Source: Paracoccaceae bacterium
GTDB taxonomy: Bacteria; Pseudomonadota; Alphaproteobacteria; Rhizobiales; Stappiaceae
Reading direction: 5' to 3'
Assembly: GCA_013373445.1 (NCBI GenBank)
Contig: JABXHV010000025.1
Coordinates: 16,126 to 80,125 of the forward strand
Length of the DNA stretch: 64,000 nucleotides
This document shows, in pieces, positions 31,352-41,637 of this stretch (position 1 is its first letter; every line of letters starts with the position of its first letter). The translations under genes were made by a program, and so were the position numbers. The notes beneath the pieces were generated by a model. That model worked only from the letters and a program-made list of their open reading frames with translations. It did not search any database and was not told the DNA's origin.

Positions 31352-32937
31352 TTTTTGTGTCCTGAGAGATCACAAAATAGGGGCACTCTTCTAGAAATTG
31401 TAAAAAATTTTCTCCCTATATTTTGGTGCTCGGATTCTGAGTTATGAAGTTCTCGCACTAGCTCAAGCATCGGAGCTGCCGTTGCAATCAAGTTGAAACA
31501 TCTAAAGGTTGCAGTCTCATCTGCCGTATAGAGATCCGGGAAGTCCTTGAAGATTTGTTCCTTCCCCATTCCATCAAGGCTAACGAAATTCGATCTGCTC
31601 CAAGCCACGTATTTGAGAAGTGCATTGAGATAGAACCAGTCACTGCAGGCAAGATATTGTTTGACGGATGGAAGCAATAAAATAGGTTGGAAGTCAGCTG
31701 AGGCATTCGTGATTGCGTTCAGAGCAACGGTCAACTTATCAATCGGATCTTTGCTTGTCGCGTCTAATACTGAGATCGTCCATCCACTTTGATCGCTAAA
31801 ACGATGTTCAATAACGCGGTGTTTTTGCAGCTGATAAACTGAAGAAAGCGGCAACGGGCTTTCCGCAAGGAGAGTCGATATTTCACTATCGTCAGCATCT
31901 TCGACTATTAGCACTAGCGCTGCTGGGTTGATGAGCTGACCTGTTTGGCTGGCTGAACTAAAGTCACTGCATGTCAGGAAACGTGTCTTCTGTCTTAGGC
32001 CTTTTGAAAGCAGGAAATACTTCAAAATTGAATTGCCGTTGAGCGCCTTTGAAAGGGGAAAAATCAACTTTGACTGTTTTGAGGTCTCAATGCACGAGTT
32101 CTCTGCAGTAATGGTGGGGCGTTGCAGGAAACGGTTTAGCGGAGTAAGCAATCTTCGGATGACCCGGCTGAAGAACGCGGTTCCTTGGGCGCGAGTCAAG
32201 ACTTCATGTACGGCGCAGGAAATACCGGCATGAATGCCTTGTGCGAGCGGGTGTTTCAATAGGTTCGCGTAGATCGACTGTCTTTGAGCCCGCGGCCATC
32301 CTGTTCTAGAAAACTTCTCGAGGTATGAGTTTTCCTTCACCAAGGAAGCCATCACAAAATCGGCAAAATCAGTAAAATGCTCTACGAGCCCTAAGGGCAT
32401 GACTGCCCAGTTGTCACAGTAGCCCTCATCGACATCGGCAGAAGAGGATAGGTAAAGATATTCAGTCGGTAGAGCAGCATCCAATATCGGACGTTGTCGA
32501 GTGACTGCATTGCCCTGACCGATATCCCAATTGGTCAATAGCGCCTGGCCATACCCGGTTTCTAATTCCTGTGCAAGCTGAACGGCTTTGGAACGCGAAT
32601 ACGCGTTTGCAAGCAGTCTAGATGCAGAGATTGGATCCCAAATTTCACTTAGTTTTTCTGACTGCACTTCGATCTGCGTTGGGGCTTCGACAGAGCAAGC
32701 TAGCTGAGGAAAGGAACAGTTTTGTTGTTCTATCGCTAGATCATTTGGTCCATAAACAGACTTAACGAGGCTAGAAAACTCAGAATTCCAGCTATGCGCC
32801 ACAATTTGTTCCAGTGGCAGTTGGTTCGGTAGGCATTTCTGAATGTCAATGAAACCGTTCCAGAATGGAAGCAAGCCTTCTGAACCAGGGGCTTGGATAA
32901 ATCCGGACAGAATCAAAGTTAGTTTGGCACCAGCCAT
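31348..32937 (-). CDS. Hypothetical protein, possibly a divergent two-domain glycan-modifying protein
   Basis: 529-aa open frame, ATGA-coupled to 30524..31351; no clear family motif. Confidence 0.65.
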   Translation of the reverse strand: MAGAKLTLILSGFIQAPGSEGLLPFWNGFIDIQKCLPNQLPLEQIVAHSWNSEFSSLVKSVYGPNDLAIEQQNCSFPQLACSVEAPTQIEVQSEKLSEIWDPISASRLLANAYSRSKAVQLAQELETGYGQALLTNWDIGQGNAVTRQRPILDAALPTEYLYLSSSADVDEGYCDNWAVMPLGLVEHFTDFADFVMASLVKENSYLEKFSRTGWPRAQRQSIYANLLKHPLAQGIHAGISCAVHEVLTRAQGTAFFSRVIRRLLTPLNRFLQRPTITAENSCIETSKQSKLIFPLSKALNGNSILKYFLLSKGLRQKTRFLTCSDFSSASQTGQLINPAALVLIVEDADDSEISTLLAESPLPLSSVYQLQKHRVIEHRFSDQSGWTISVLDATSKDPIDKLTVALNAITNASADFQPILLLPSVKQYLACSDWFYLNALLKYVAWSRSNFVSLDGMGKEQIFKDFPDLYTADETATFRCFNLIATAAPMLELVRELHNSESEHQNIGRKFFTISRRVPLFCDLSGHKK

Positions 32938-33018
32938 GAGCGTACTTTCAAAGGCGGAATTTAGATTTACGATGCTTAGCTCTTCAGGACTCTAAGCGGG
33001 TCTTGACGCGTCGCTTCT

Positions 33019-34176
33019 CTACGCTGCTCTTTTTGCGCTGGCTTTCTCTATCGCCCGTTTTAGCGCCGCTATGACCCTTTCCTGGTCAGCATCCGTCATT
33101 CCGACCCATAGTGGCAGGCGTATGATGCTCTCTGACAAGCGATTGGCGCCGGAGAGATCTCCATGGCTACGGCCGAATTTTTCTCCTGCAGGTGCGGAAT
33201 GCAGCGGGATGTAATGGAAGACAGCATGAACGCCGTGTTGTTTCATTTCATCCAAAACGGTTTTACGGTCCAATCCCTCTGCGAGCAGAACATAGAAAAT
33301 ATGACCGTTGTGCTCGCACTCGGGAGGCACCCCCGGTCGTTTTATCAGGCCTTCACACTCTAACTCTTCGGTGAGGGAATTGTATCTGTTCCAGATTGCG
33401 AGGCGCTTCTTTGTGATCTGCTCAGCATGCTCCAGCTGAGCATAAAGAAATGCAGCAGTCAGCTCACTGGGCAGGAAGGATGAACCCACATCCTGCCATG
33501 TATATTTATCGACCTCTCCCCGGAAGAAACGGCTCCTATTAGTTCCCTTTTCCCTGATAATCTCTGCCTGTTGTATGAATTCATCTCGATTAATTAGCAG
33601 TGCGCCACCCTCCCCGCTAATTATGTTTTTTGTATCGTGAAAACTGAAAGAGCCGAGATCACCTATACTACCCAGCGGTTTTTTCTTGTAGGTCGCCACA
33701 ACGCCTTGCGCAGCATCTTCAATAATTCTCACGTTGTTTCGTTTGGCAATGTCCAAAATTGTGTCCATCTCACAGGCAACACCGGCATAATGAACAGGAA
33801 CAATTGCTTTCGTTCTCTTTGTGATTGCGGCTTCTATTTTCGTCTCGTCGAGGTTCAGAGTGTCTTCTCGAATGTCCACGAAAACAGGGATGCCTCCGCG
33901 CAAGACAAAGGCATTTGCGGTGGATACGAAGGTAAATGAAGGCATGATGATCTCGTCGCCTGGACGAACGTCAATGAGCAAGGCGGCCATTTCAAGCGAT
34001 GCCGTGCACGAATGAGTAAGGAGCGCTTTTTGTGCCTGGGTTTGGGTTTCCAACCAGTGATGGCAGTTTTTGGTAAATCTGCCGTCGCCCGAAAGCTGTC
34101 CGTTTCCTAGCGCATCTGTAAGATACTGCGTCTCAAATCCTGTGAAATACGGACGATGGTAAGGAATTGGCTGCAT
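33019..34176 (-). CDS. wecE: dTDP-4-amino-4,6-dideoxygalactose transaminase (WecE/RffA type)
   Basis: LSGDGRFTKNCH, LLTHSCTASLEM, SFHDTKNIISGEGG, EKGTNRSRF, WQDVGSS, VFHYIPLH. Confidence 0.85.
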   Translation of the reverse strand: MQPIPYHRPYFTGFETQYLTDALGNGQLSGDGRFTKNCHHWLETQTQAQKALLTHSCTASLEMAALLIDVRPGDEIIMPSFTFVSTANAFVLRGGIPVFVDIREDTLNLDETKIEAAITKRTKAIVPVHYAGVACEMDTILDIAKRNNVRIIEDAAQGVVATYKKKPLGSIGDLGSFSFHDTKNIISGEGGALLINRDEFIQQAEIIREKGTNRSRFFRGEVDKYTWQDVGSSFLPSELTAAFLYAQLEHAEQITKKRLAIWNRYNSLTEELECEGLIKRPGVPPECEHNGHIFYVLLAEGLDRKTVLDEMKQHGVHAVFHYIPLHSAPAGEKFGRSHGDLSGANRLSESIIRLPLWVGMTDADQERVIAALKRAIEKASAKRAA

Positions 34177-34495
34177 AGTAGCTTTTTTCTCAAATGATCA
34201 CGATCTGGCTCATCAGATCCGGAGGTTGAATTCAAATACTGTTATAGCTTCAACCTGCGCTGCGGTCCAAGGGATCTAATCAAATGGAACTGCTCGGTTG
34301 AACGACCAGACATAATGTGTTTTCAGATGGATCATGAGAACCAGTCTGATTTTTACGGCGTTCCAGGCGAGTGGTCGCAGGAAATTTGTGTTTAGTTTGT
34401 CCAATGGAAGTGATCAGTCAATGGCGTTTATCTTCGCATAAAGAAGTCATGGATGATCGTGCAACTGATTTGTGAACTGCGAGCTTAGAAATTTT

Positions 34496-35554
34496 ATGCG
34501 TATTCTTGTGACAGGTGGTGCGGGATTCATTGGATCGGCGTTGGCTCGTTATCTCGTGCGAGAGATTGGGGCGGAAGTGCTTGTTTTGGACAAGCTGACC
34601 TATGCAGGTAATCTTGCCTCCCTGCGACCGATTGAGAACGCTTCAAACTATAGCTTTATTAAGGCTAATATATGTGATCGAAGCACTCTCCACCACGTGT
34701 TCGCAGAGTTCAGACCAGAGCGGGTCATGCATTTGGCAGCAGAGAGCCATGTAGATCGGTCAATTTCTGGCGCTCGTGATTTCATTGATACCAACATTCT
34801 AGGGACGTTTACTCTTCTGGATAGTGCGCTCAGCTATTGGAACAAGCTTGCCTCTGACCAAAAAGGCATTTTTCGTTTTTTACATGTTTCTACTGATGAG
34901 GTGTATGGGGCGCTCGGAGATCAAGGGCTTTTCCGGGAAGGGACTCCCTATGACCCATCATCGCCTTACTCAGCTTCCAAGGCTGCCTCGGATCATCTTG
35001 CGATGGCTTGGCACCGGACCTATGGTTTGCCTGTTGTTATTTCCAACTGTTCAAACAATTATGGCCCGTTTCATTTCCCTGAGAAATTGATCCCACTAAC
35101 TATTTTGAATGCGCTTGAGGGTAAGCCGTTGCCCGTGTATGGGCGCGGAGAAAACATTCGAGACTGGTTGCACGTCGACGATCACGTTCGTGCACTGCAC
35201 CTCATTGCTTCGCAGGGGCGGCTTGGCGAGAAATACAACGTTGGTGGACGCAATGAACGGCGAAATATTGAAGTTGTTTTGCAAATTTGTTCACTTATGG
35301 ACAGCCTTCGCCCAAAGAACGTTCCTCATGAAACACTTGTGCACTATGTGAGTGATCGTCCTGGACATGATGCGCGTTATGCAATTGATGCGACGCGCCT
35401 GGAAACAGAACTTGGTTGGAAAGCAACATACCACTTCGACAGTGGGATTAAGCAGACCGTAGCTTGGTATCTTGAAAATGAATGGTGGTGGCGCCCAATC
35501 CGTGAAAAGGTCTATTCTGGCGAGCGCCTAGGCACATTGGAGCAGGACGTTTGA
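34496..35554 (+). CDS. rmlB: dTDP-glucose 4,6-dehydratase
   Basis: [49 protein letters not shown]; ATG at 34496. Confidence 0.96.
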   Translation: MRILVTGGAGFIGSALARYLVREIGAEVLVLDKLTYAGNLASLRPIENASNYSFIKANICDRSTLHHVFAEFRPERVMHLAAESHVDRSISGARDFIDTNILGTFTLLDSALSYWNKLASDQKGIFRFLHVSTDEVYGALGDQGLFREGTPYDPSSPYSASKAASDHLAMAWHRTYGLPVVISNCSNNYGPFHFPEKLIPLTILNALEGKPLPVYGRGENIRDWLHVDDHVRALHLIASQGRLGEKYNVGGRNERRNIEVVLQICSLMDSLRPKNVPHETLVHYVSDRPGHDARYAIDATRLETELGWKATYHFDSGIKQTVAWYLENEWWWRPIREKVYSGERLGTLEQDV

Positions 35555-36420
35555 AGGGTATTATTCTCGCTGGTGGAACAGGGTCTCGCCTTTTCCCTAT
35601 GACGATAGTCGCATCTAAACAGATGTTGCCTGTCTACGATAAACCGATGATTTATTATCCCCTCTCGACACTCATGCTTGCGGGTATACGGGACATTCTG
35701 ATCATATCTACGCCTCAAGATCTGCCGTTATTTCAACATCTTTTGGGAGATGGGTCGAAATGGGGAATCTCTCTAGACTACGCCGTTCAACCAGCGCCGG
35801 ATGGCCTCGCGCAGGCCTATATCATTGGGGCCGATTTTGTTTGTGGTGAGCCATCATGCCTGATTCTCGGAGACAATATCTTCTACGGGAATGGGTTGCC
35901 TGAGATGCTTGAACAGGCTTACCAGCGGCCGTCTGGAGCGACTGTATTCGCCTACCACGTGACTGATCCTGAACGTTATGGTGTCGTTTCCTTCGATTCA
36001 GAAATGCGCGCGCTTTCCGTTGAGGAAAAGCCTTTGGTTCCAAAGTCAAATTGGGCCGTTACGGGATTGTATTTCTATGATTCTCAAGTGATCGAAATCG
36101 CCGCAAACCTGAAACCTTCAAGTCGTGGCGAACTTGAAATTTCGGATGTGAATCGGATTTATCTCGAGCGCGGTCAACTCAACGTGAAGTTGATGGGACG
36201 GGGTTACGCGTGGTTGGATACGGGCACACCGGACAGTCTGATCGATGCAGGAAACTTTGTGCGGACTCTTGAAACCCGGCAAGGAATGAAGATTTCCTGC
36301 CCTGAGGAGATTGCATGGCGCCGGGGATTTATTTCGGATGCGGAGCTTGAGGCGCTGGCTGGAGAGTTTGGAAGCAGCGCGTATGGAGCGTATCTTCGGT
36401 CGCTGCTGTCGTATGACTGA
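35551..36420 (+). CDS. rmlA: Glucose-1-phosphate thymidylyltransferase
   Basis: [45 protein letters not shown]. Confidence 0.97.
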   Translation: MKGIILAGGTGSRLFPMTIVASKQMLPVYDKPMIYYPLSTLMLAGIRDILIISTPQDLPLFQHLLGDGSKWGISLDYAVQPAPDGLAQAYIIGADFVCGEPSCLILGDNIFYGNGLPEMLEQAYQRPSGATVFAYHVTDPERYGVVSFDSEMRALSVEEKPLVPKSNWAVTGLYFYDSQVIEIAANLKPSSRGELEISDVNRIYLERGQLNVKLMGRGYAWLDTGTPDSLIDAGNFVRTLETRQGMKISCPEEIAWRRGFISDAELEALAGEFGSSAYGAYLRSLLSYD

Positions 36421-36509
36421 TGATCACGTCGTGGAGTGCGTGTCAAAAGCTCCAGAGCAGGCAAACTTCAGTGTGCCGGAAGAAATGAAGACGAGGTAAA
36501 AGAAAACGG

Positions 36510-37091
36510 ATGGTCTTTGAGGGAAAAGAGCCACGTGCAGCAGTCTTCCTCGACCGCGACGGAACTGTGAATGTCGATAAGGGGTATGTCCACAAGATCG
36601 CGGACTGGGAGTGGATTCCAGGTGCAATAGAGGCTATCGGTTTACTTAACCGAAGCGGCTATCTGGTTGTTGTCGTAACCAACCAAGCTGGTATCGCTCG
36701 GGGTTACTACAATCATGAGACAGTTGCGGCTCTACACCAGCATGTTGATAGCCTTCTGAAGGCTGAAAATTGTTGGATCAATGCTTATTACCTGTGCCCA
36801 CATCACCCTGAATATGGGTCGGTGCGCGAGTGCAATTGTAGAAAGCCGCTACCGGGAATGCTGCTGCAAGCAGCCCAGGATCTTAATATAGATATGAGCC
36901 GCTCCTGGCTGATTGGTGACAAACTTTCGGATACCGAGGCCGGCTTTGCTGCGGGTGTATCTCCAATTCTCGTTCGGACGGGATATGGAGATCAAGAGCG
37001 GGAGATGGCTGATACCGGAGTGCAATGCGAAGCCGACTTGCTTAGAGCGGTTCGGAGCATCTGCTCACTTGAGAACCCCCAAATAAAATAG
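36510..37091 (+). CDS. gmhB: D-glycero-D-manno-heptose 1,7-bisphosphate phosphatase
   Basis: FLDRDGTVN, VTNQAGIARG, CPHHP..C.CRKP Zn motif, IGDKLSD. Confidence 0.93.
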   Translation: MVFEGKEPRAAVFLDRDGTVNVDKGYVHKIADWEWIPGAIEAIGLLNRSGYLVVVVTNQAGIARGYYNHETVAALHQHVDSLLKAENCWINAYYLCPHHPEYGSVRECNCRKPLPGMLLQAAQDLNIDMSRSWLIGDKLSDTEAGFAAGVSPILVRTGYGDQEREMADTGVQCEADLLRAVRSICSLENPQIK

Positions 37092-37775
37092 TTGCTTACC
37101 AAAGGGCCATGCCTCCGGTACGTCACCCTTAGTGACCTTTATTTCTGTGAAATAGGGGTTGATGAATTTCTCAAGAAATGCATCGTCAATGGTATTCACG
37201 TGTTCGCCGATCGGCGTCTGCGACGTCAGAATTGAACCATCCAAATGTCGCTCGTTCCAAGGGCACTGGATACACACATATTTGGACGATGAGACCGCGA
37301 GACTTTCGACGAATTCTTCAACATTCTCGATGTGTTCAATAACATTTGAGCAATAAACAAAATTACACTTTGTGGTTTGGTCCCACTTTTTTACGCCAAA
37401 GTTTTCCTGTTTTTTGACCGCAATATTCAGTCCACCTGTACTAACATCCCAGAGAAAAATCTCAGATTTAGGCCAATTTTTTCTGAATATTCGAGCAGAA
37501 TCACCATGAGCGCACCCAAAGTCAAGCACACTTGGCGGGTCGAGGTCACCAATGTTGCAAAATTCGAATAAACTCTCCGAAAATCTAACCGTTTGAAGGC
37601 TTCCTTCCTTTGACCAATTGAATTTTAGTCTAAAATCCCAGTACGATTTGGAGTTTATTTGAAAAAAATTTTTGGATATTCGTCCAATGTAGATGCCCGG
37701 TGCATATTTTATTGCTTTTTTTATCGCGACATCAATTCCATCATCTTTTGCGATTTCAAAAAATCTTCTAATCAT
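37065..37775 (-). CDS. Class I SAM-dependent methyltransferase
   Basis: VLDFGCAHG motif I; CSNVIEHI; converges on gmhB with a 27-nt 3' overlap. Confidence 0.8.
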   Translation of the reverse strand: MIRRFFEIAKDDGIDVAIKKAIKYAPGIYIGRISKNFFQINSKSYWDFRLKFNWSKEGSLQTVRFSESLFEFCNIGDLDPPSVLDFGCAHGDSARIFRKNWPKSEIFLWDVSTGGLNIAVKKQENFGVKKWDQTTKCNFVYCSNVIEHIENVEEFVESLAVSSSKYVCIQCPWNERHLDGSILTSQTPIGEHVNTIDDAFLEKFINPYFTEIKVTKGDVPEAWPFGKQLFYLGVLK

Positions 37776-38131
37776 GACAGCCTTCTTCTCAAAAATTCTG
37801 GGTTATCGAAGTGTCGAATCTGCCCAACGTGACTAGGAAGTTTGAATTCAAATTGGTCTAAAAATCCCACACTTTATTCTGACTGAGACTGTCTGCGGTG
37901 TGCCGAGCAAAATCAAGAGTTTGGGATTTGTGTGGCCGTAAATTCGTACATATCAGGCTGCTCTTCAACAAAACGACGATGAAGACCTTTCCATTCGTCA
38001 GTACCTGGACTAAGAAACTCGGATAAGATCGCTTGTGTGCTGCTCCCGGTTTCGAGTTTTTCATCTTGCAGATCGTGGAGTTGCGGTGAAGGTTCTCCGC
38101 ACAAGGTTCCTTTCAACATGCAGTCGATAAG

Positions 38132-38725
38132 ATGGTCAAAATCAAAACTCCCTCAGAGCTGTTGAACCAAAATATTTCAGACTCAATTTCTGCAAAGAAA
38201 TCGTTTCTTCTGAATTCCGTGCAGATTGAGAATTTTGAAAAAGCGGTCTTACTCATTGCTGAGCGGTATCGAGATGGTGGGCGTCTCTACATTGCTGGAA
38301 ACGGTGGATCTGCAGCAGACGCGCAGCATTTGGCAGCAGAATTTGTGAGTAAATTGGCGAAGGACAGAGCGCCACTCCCAGCGGAAGCATTGACTGTGGA
38401 CACGTCAATTCTGACGGCTATAGGCAACGACTATGGCTACGATCAGGTTTTTGCTCGACAGGTCCGCGGAAAAATGACCGAGAAGGACGTTTTTCTTGGC
38501 GTGACTACATCGGGCAACTCACCGAATATCCTGTGTGCCCTTGAGGCATGCAGTGAGAGGAATATTCCTTCAGTTGTTTTTACCGGGCATGATGGAGGGG
38601 CGGTAAAAGCTCTTGCGGATCACTGTGTGGTTGCGTCGGGCGAACGTACGGCAACCATCCAGGAGATACATATTGTACTGGCGCATTCTCTTTGTGAATA
38701 CGTCGAGAATTTGCTTTTTGGTTGA
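38132..38725 (+). CDS. gmhA: Sedoheptulose-7-phosphate isomerase
   Basis: AGNGGSAADAQHLAAEF, GNDYGYDQVFARQ, TTSGNSPN, IQEIH. Confidence 0.95.
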   Translation: MVKIKTPSELLNQNISDSISAKKSFLLNSVQIENFEKAVLLIAERYRDGGRLYIAGNGGSAADAQHLAAEFVSKLAKDRAPLPAEALTVDTSILTAIGNDYGYDQVFARQVRGKMTEKDVFLGVTTSGNSPNILCALEACSERNIPSVVFTGHDGGAVKALADHCVVASGERTATIQEIHIVLAHSLCEYVENLLFG

Positions 38726-38751
38726 CCTGACACACTCTGTAACGAGGCATC

Positions 38752-39690
38752 ATGACATATAATATTCTTGTAACCGGTGGCGCTGGTTACCTTGGCTCAA
38801 TTTTGGTTCCAGATCTTTTGGCCGCAGGCCATAAAGTGACCGTGCTTGACAATTTCATGTACAAGCAGGCCAGCCTAAACCACTGTGCCTACCATTCGAA
38901 TTTCAGCGTCGTTAAGGGCGACATTCGTGTTGAAGAGACAATTGCGCCGTTGATGAAGTCCGCGGATGTCGTAATACCGTTAGCTGCATTGGTTGGAGCG
39001 CCGATCTGTAGTCAGGACCCAATCGGAGCGACGACCACAAATCACGATGCAATTGCATTAATGCTGAAGCTGCTGTCCAAACAGCAAATTGTGCTCATGC
39101 CGACGACCAATAGCGCTTATGGGACCGGCGATGAGAATAACTTCTGTACGGAAGAATCGCCTTTGCGACCGATCTCGCAGTATGCGATTGAAAAGGTCGC
39201 CATCGAAAAGGAATTGATGCAGCACGAGAATGCGATCAGTTTCCGACTTGCTACAGTATTTGGCATGTCCCCGAGAATGCGCCTAGATCTGCTGGTAAAT
39301 GACTTTACTTACCGTGCGTTCAATGATCGTTTTGTCGTCCTTTTCGAAAGTCAGTTTAAAAGGAATTATGTTCACGTGAGAGATGTCTCGCGTGTGTTCC
39401 GGCATGCACTTGATAACTTTGAAAAAATGCGCGGCGAGATTTTCAACGTTGGGCTTTCTGACGCAAATGTTTCAAAGAAGGAGCTTTGCGAGGTAATCCA
39501 GACGCAGCTACCTGACTTTACCTTTATTGATGGCGCTGTTGGCAAGGACCCGGATCAGAGAAACTACATCGTGTCGAATGAGAAAATCGAAGCGACTGGT
39601 TTTCAACCGGAGTTTAGGCTCGCTCGAGGAATTGGAGAATTGATCAAAGGCTTCCAGATGATCAAAAATAGCCGCTACGGAAACGTTTAG
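38752..39690 (+). CDS. NAD-dependent SDR closely resembling C. jejuni Cj1427 (GDP-heptose C4-dehydrogenase)
   Basis: IPLAALVGAP, TNSAYG, CTEESPLRPIS.Y, FRLATVFG.SPRMRLDLLVNDFTYRA, KRNYVHVRDV, DPDQRNYIVSN match the recalled Cj1427 sequence along its length; next to gmhA. Confidence 0.75.
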   Translation: MTYNILVTGGAGYLGSILVPDLLAAGHKVTVLDNFMYKQASLNHCAYHSNFSVVKGDIRVEETIAPLMKSADVVIPLAALVGAPICSQDPIGATTTNHDAIALMLKLLSKQQIVLMPTTNSAYGTGDENNFCTEESPLRPISQYAIEKVAIEKELMQHENAISFRLATVFGMSPRMRLDLLVNDFTYRAFNDRFVVLFESQFKRNYVHVRDVSRVFRHALDNFEKMRGEIFNVGLSDANVSKKELCEVIQTQLPDFTFIDGAVGKDPDQRNYIVSNEKIEATGFQPEFRLARGIGELIKGFQMIKNSRYGNV

Positions 39691-39715
39691 TCAGGTTGAA
39701 ATCTTTAGAAAACGC

Positions 39716-39755
39716 AAAATGGCCATCCAAGACCGTCCTGGATGGCCGCTTTAGA
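39716..39755. terminator. Bidirectional terminator between convergent units
   Basis: Stem GGCCATCCA (39721-29)/TGGATGGCC (39739-47) flanked by an A-run on the left and T-rich sequence on the right. Confidence 0.7.
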
Positions 39756-39804
39756 TTTGGCTGGTTGTGCCTATTAGTCGATTTGCGGTTAATTCAAGGA
39801 ACCA

Positions 39805-40851
39805 TTATAGATCCCAGAACTCTGCCTGATTAAAAGTGGGCTCTTCCTCAGGTTTTTCAGAGGCGATAACCTTTGAGTATAGGTTCATGAAATTCTCGGA
39901 AGTATATCTTTTTGCCTTTTCAAAAGCAGATTGGACTATGTTCTGGATTTGATCGGTGTCCCAATTTTCCAAGATGAAATCGATTTTGCGATTAAGGTCA
40001 TCTTCATCGGTGAAGTAGATGAACTCTTTTTCCGGCTCGTAATAATGCTCAATTAGGTTCCATGAATCGCGATAGACTAGATTGACAGATCGAGCGATCG
40101 CAGCCTCGTGGACTCTTGTTTTAAATTGCGGCAAAACGCCTACCCAAGGATAGTTCGAGATTATATCACGATATCGCAACCCATCAAAAAAATCTCCGCT
40201 TTCGGGAAGTTTCTGACGGTAATGTCTCATGTTAGTCAAATGCTTTGTTGAAACATGGATGAGATTAAAACAAATAGATATCTTTGTTTCTGCAATACGT
40301 TCAATTTTTTCTTTGAAAGGAAGATTGATATCTGTCGCGTGCTTCAGATATTTACTCGTTAATTTGTTGATCCCATAATCCAAACTTGAATAACGATAAT
40401 TTCTCTTCATTATCGTCTTCATCGCCATAATATGTTCTTTTCCGTGAATGCCGCCATGGTAGATTGCATCATATTTTTTTTCGAGTTTCGCTGGAATAAT
40501 ATCAGTCGAATACGGATAGAAGGCGTATATAAAGCGCTTTCTTGTAGAATTACTATTTCTCCAGTGAGCGGAATATGGGCAAATAGTCAGTATATAATTA
40601 AACTTATTCTCTGCGTTTAAAGCATCTAGACCCTTGGCTATTTCTCCTTGAGCGTATTCACAAGGCGCCCAATTGTTGAAAAGAGCGATTTTTGTATGCT
40701 CACTTGTACGAAATTCGTCAAAATTGTCTTGCAAGAGAGAGTTGAAACCTACGGCAAGTTTATTCCCATCGTCGATTCCGAACGGCTCAAAGTTCCAATG
40801 GAAACTATTAGTATCAAGAATTTCAACGCTTAAGTCTTTTATTGATTGCAT
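39805..40851 (-). CDS. Putative glycosyltransferase (CgeB/Glyco_trans_1_2-like C-terminus)
   Basis: C-terminal KTRVHEAA..HYYEPEKEFIYFTDEDDLNRKI pattern. Confidence 0.6.
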   Translation of the reverse strand: MQSIKDLSVEILDTNSFHWNFEPFGIDDGNKLAVGFNSLLQDNFDEFRTSEHTKIALFNNWAPCEYAQGEIAKGLDALNAENKFNYILTICPYSAHWRNSNSTRKRFIYAFYPYSTDIIPAKLEKKYDAIYHGGIHGKEHIMAMKTIMKRNYRYSSLDYGINKLTSKYLKHATDINLPFKEKIERIAETKISICFNLIHVSTKHLTNMRHYRQKLPESGDFFDGLRYRDIISNYPWVGVLPQFKTRVHEAAIARSVNLVYRDSWNLIEHYYEPEKEFIYFTDEDDLNRKIDFILENWDTDQIQNIVQSAFEKAKRYTSENFMNLYSKVIASEKPEEEPTFNQAEFWDL

Positions 40852-41635
40852 TTTTAACCTGAGGCAATGAGTTAAGATATAAGAAGAGCCTCTGTACGTT
40901 TTTATTCGACGGTCCTTTTGTCCTATCTGTCGAAATCGCGAACTCCTCGAATATCTCCTCTAATTTTATCTTATATTCGCTCATGTTCCATTTTCCATCA
41001 ACAATCGCGCTTATTAGGTGGGGCATGATGCTACATTCGTAGTGGAAATAACCTTCCTTTGGTTCGTCGTTATAGTAGACGAGGCCCTCTAATCCCAGCC
41101 TGGCACATGTTCGATTTGCTAAGACTTCAAATTGCTCTTCGTTCCCTTTGCGAGCGATACCTGACTTAGGGGTATTCTCGTAAACCTGAATGAGATCATC
41201 TCTTTTCCATAGGCTTAGTGTTTGGCTGAAAAAAAATGGTTTAGAATTATCAAGTTTAAATAGCCTATCGAAGCCGGAAAAAGCAGAAAAATTGGGGCCT
41301 CTAACAAATCGGATTTGACTAAAATTACTCATCTTAAGAACTTCAATACAACGATCGATTTCCGAATAGGCCGGTGTATCGGTCACGAAGTAATCATCGT
41401 TAAATGTGAGAATGTATTGGAAAGGTATATTTTTAAGTGAATATAGCCCCTGTTCACTAAATGTCTTTCCAGAATATTCGACAAGGATTTCATTATCCGT
41501 TAGTTCGATACCATCCTTAGTATTGGTACATACATATAATGGAATATTATCGGTTTTTTGTCTGAAGCATTTTAAGAAAATCTTCAATGCATCATGATAT
41601 GATTCATGCGAATTGACAACTGCACAGTATTCCAC
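40823..41635 (-). CDS. Putative GT-A-type glycosyltransferase, unclassified
   Basis: YILTFNDDYF DxD-like motif; SQTLSLWKR..L segment; glycan-cluster context. Confidence 0.5.
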   Translation of the reverse strand: MEYCAVVNSHESYHDALKIFLKCFRQKTDNIPLYVCTNTKDGIELTDNEILVEYSGKTFSEQGLYSLKNIPFQYILTFNDDYFVTDTPAYSEIDRCIEVLKMSNFSQIRFVRGPNFSAFSGFDRLFKLDNSKPFFFSQTLSLWKRDDLIQVYENTPKSGIARKGNEEQFEVLANRTCARLGLEGLVYYNDEPKEGYFHYECSIMPHLISAIVDGKWNMSEYKIKLEEIFEEFAISTDRTKGPSNKNVQRLFLYLNSLPQVKNAINKRLKR

Positions 41636-41637
41636 TT

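Noticed and set aside
28503-36420. Enterobacterial common antigen locus (wecB, wecE, rmlBA)
   Set aside because: wecA, wecC, wecD, wecF, wecG, wzxE and wzyE are not seen; these precursor genes are common to many glycans.
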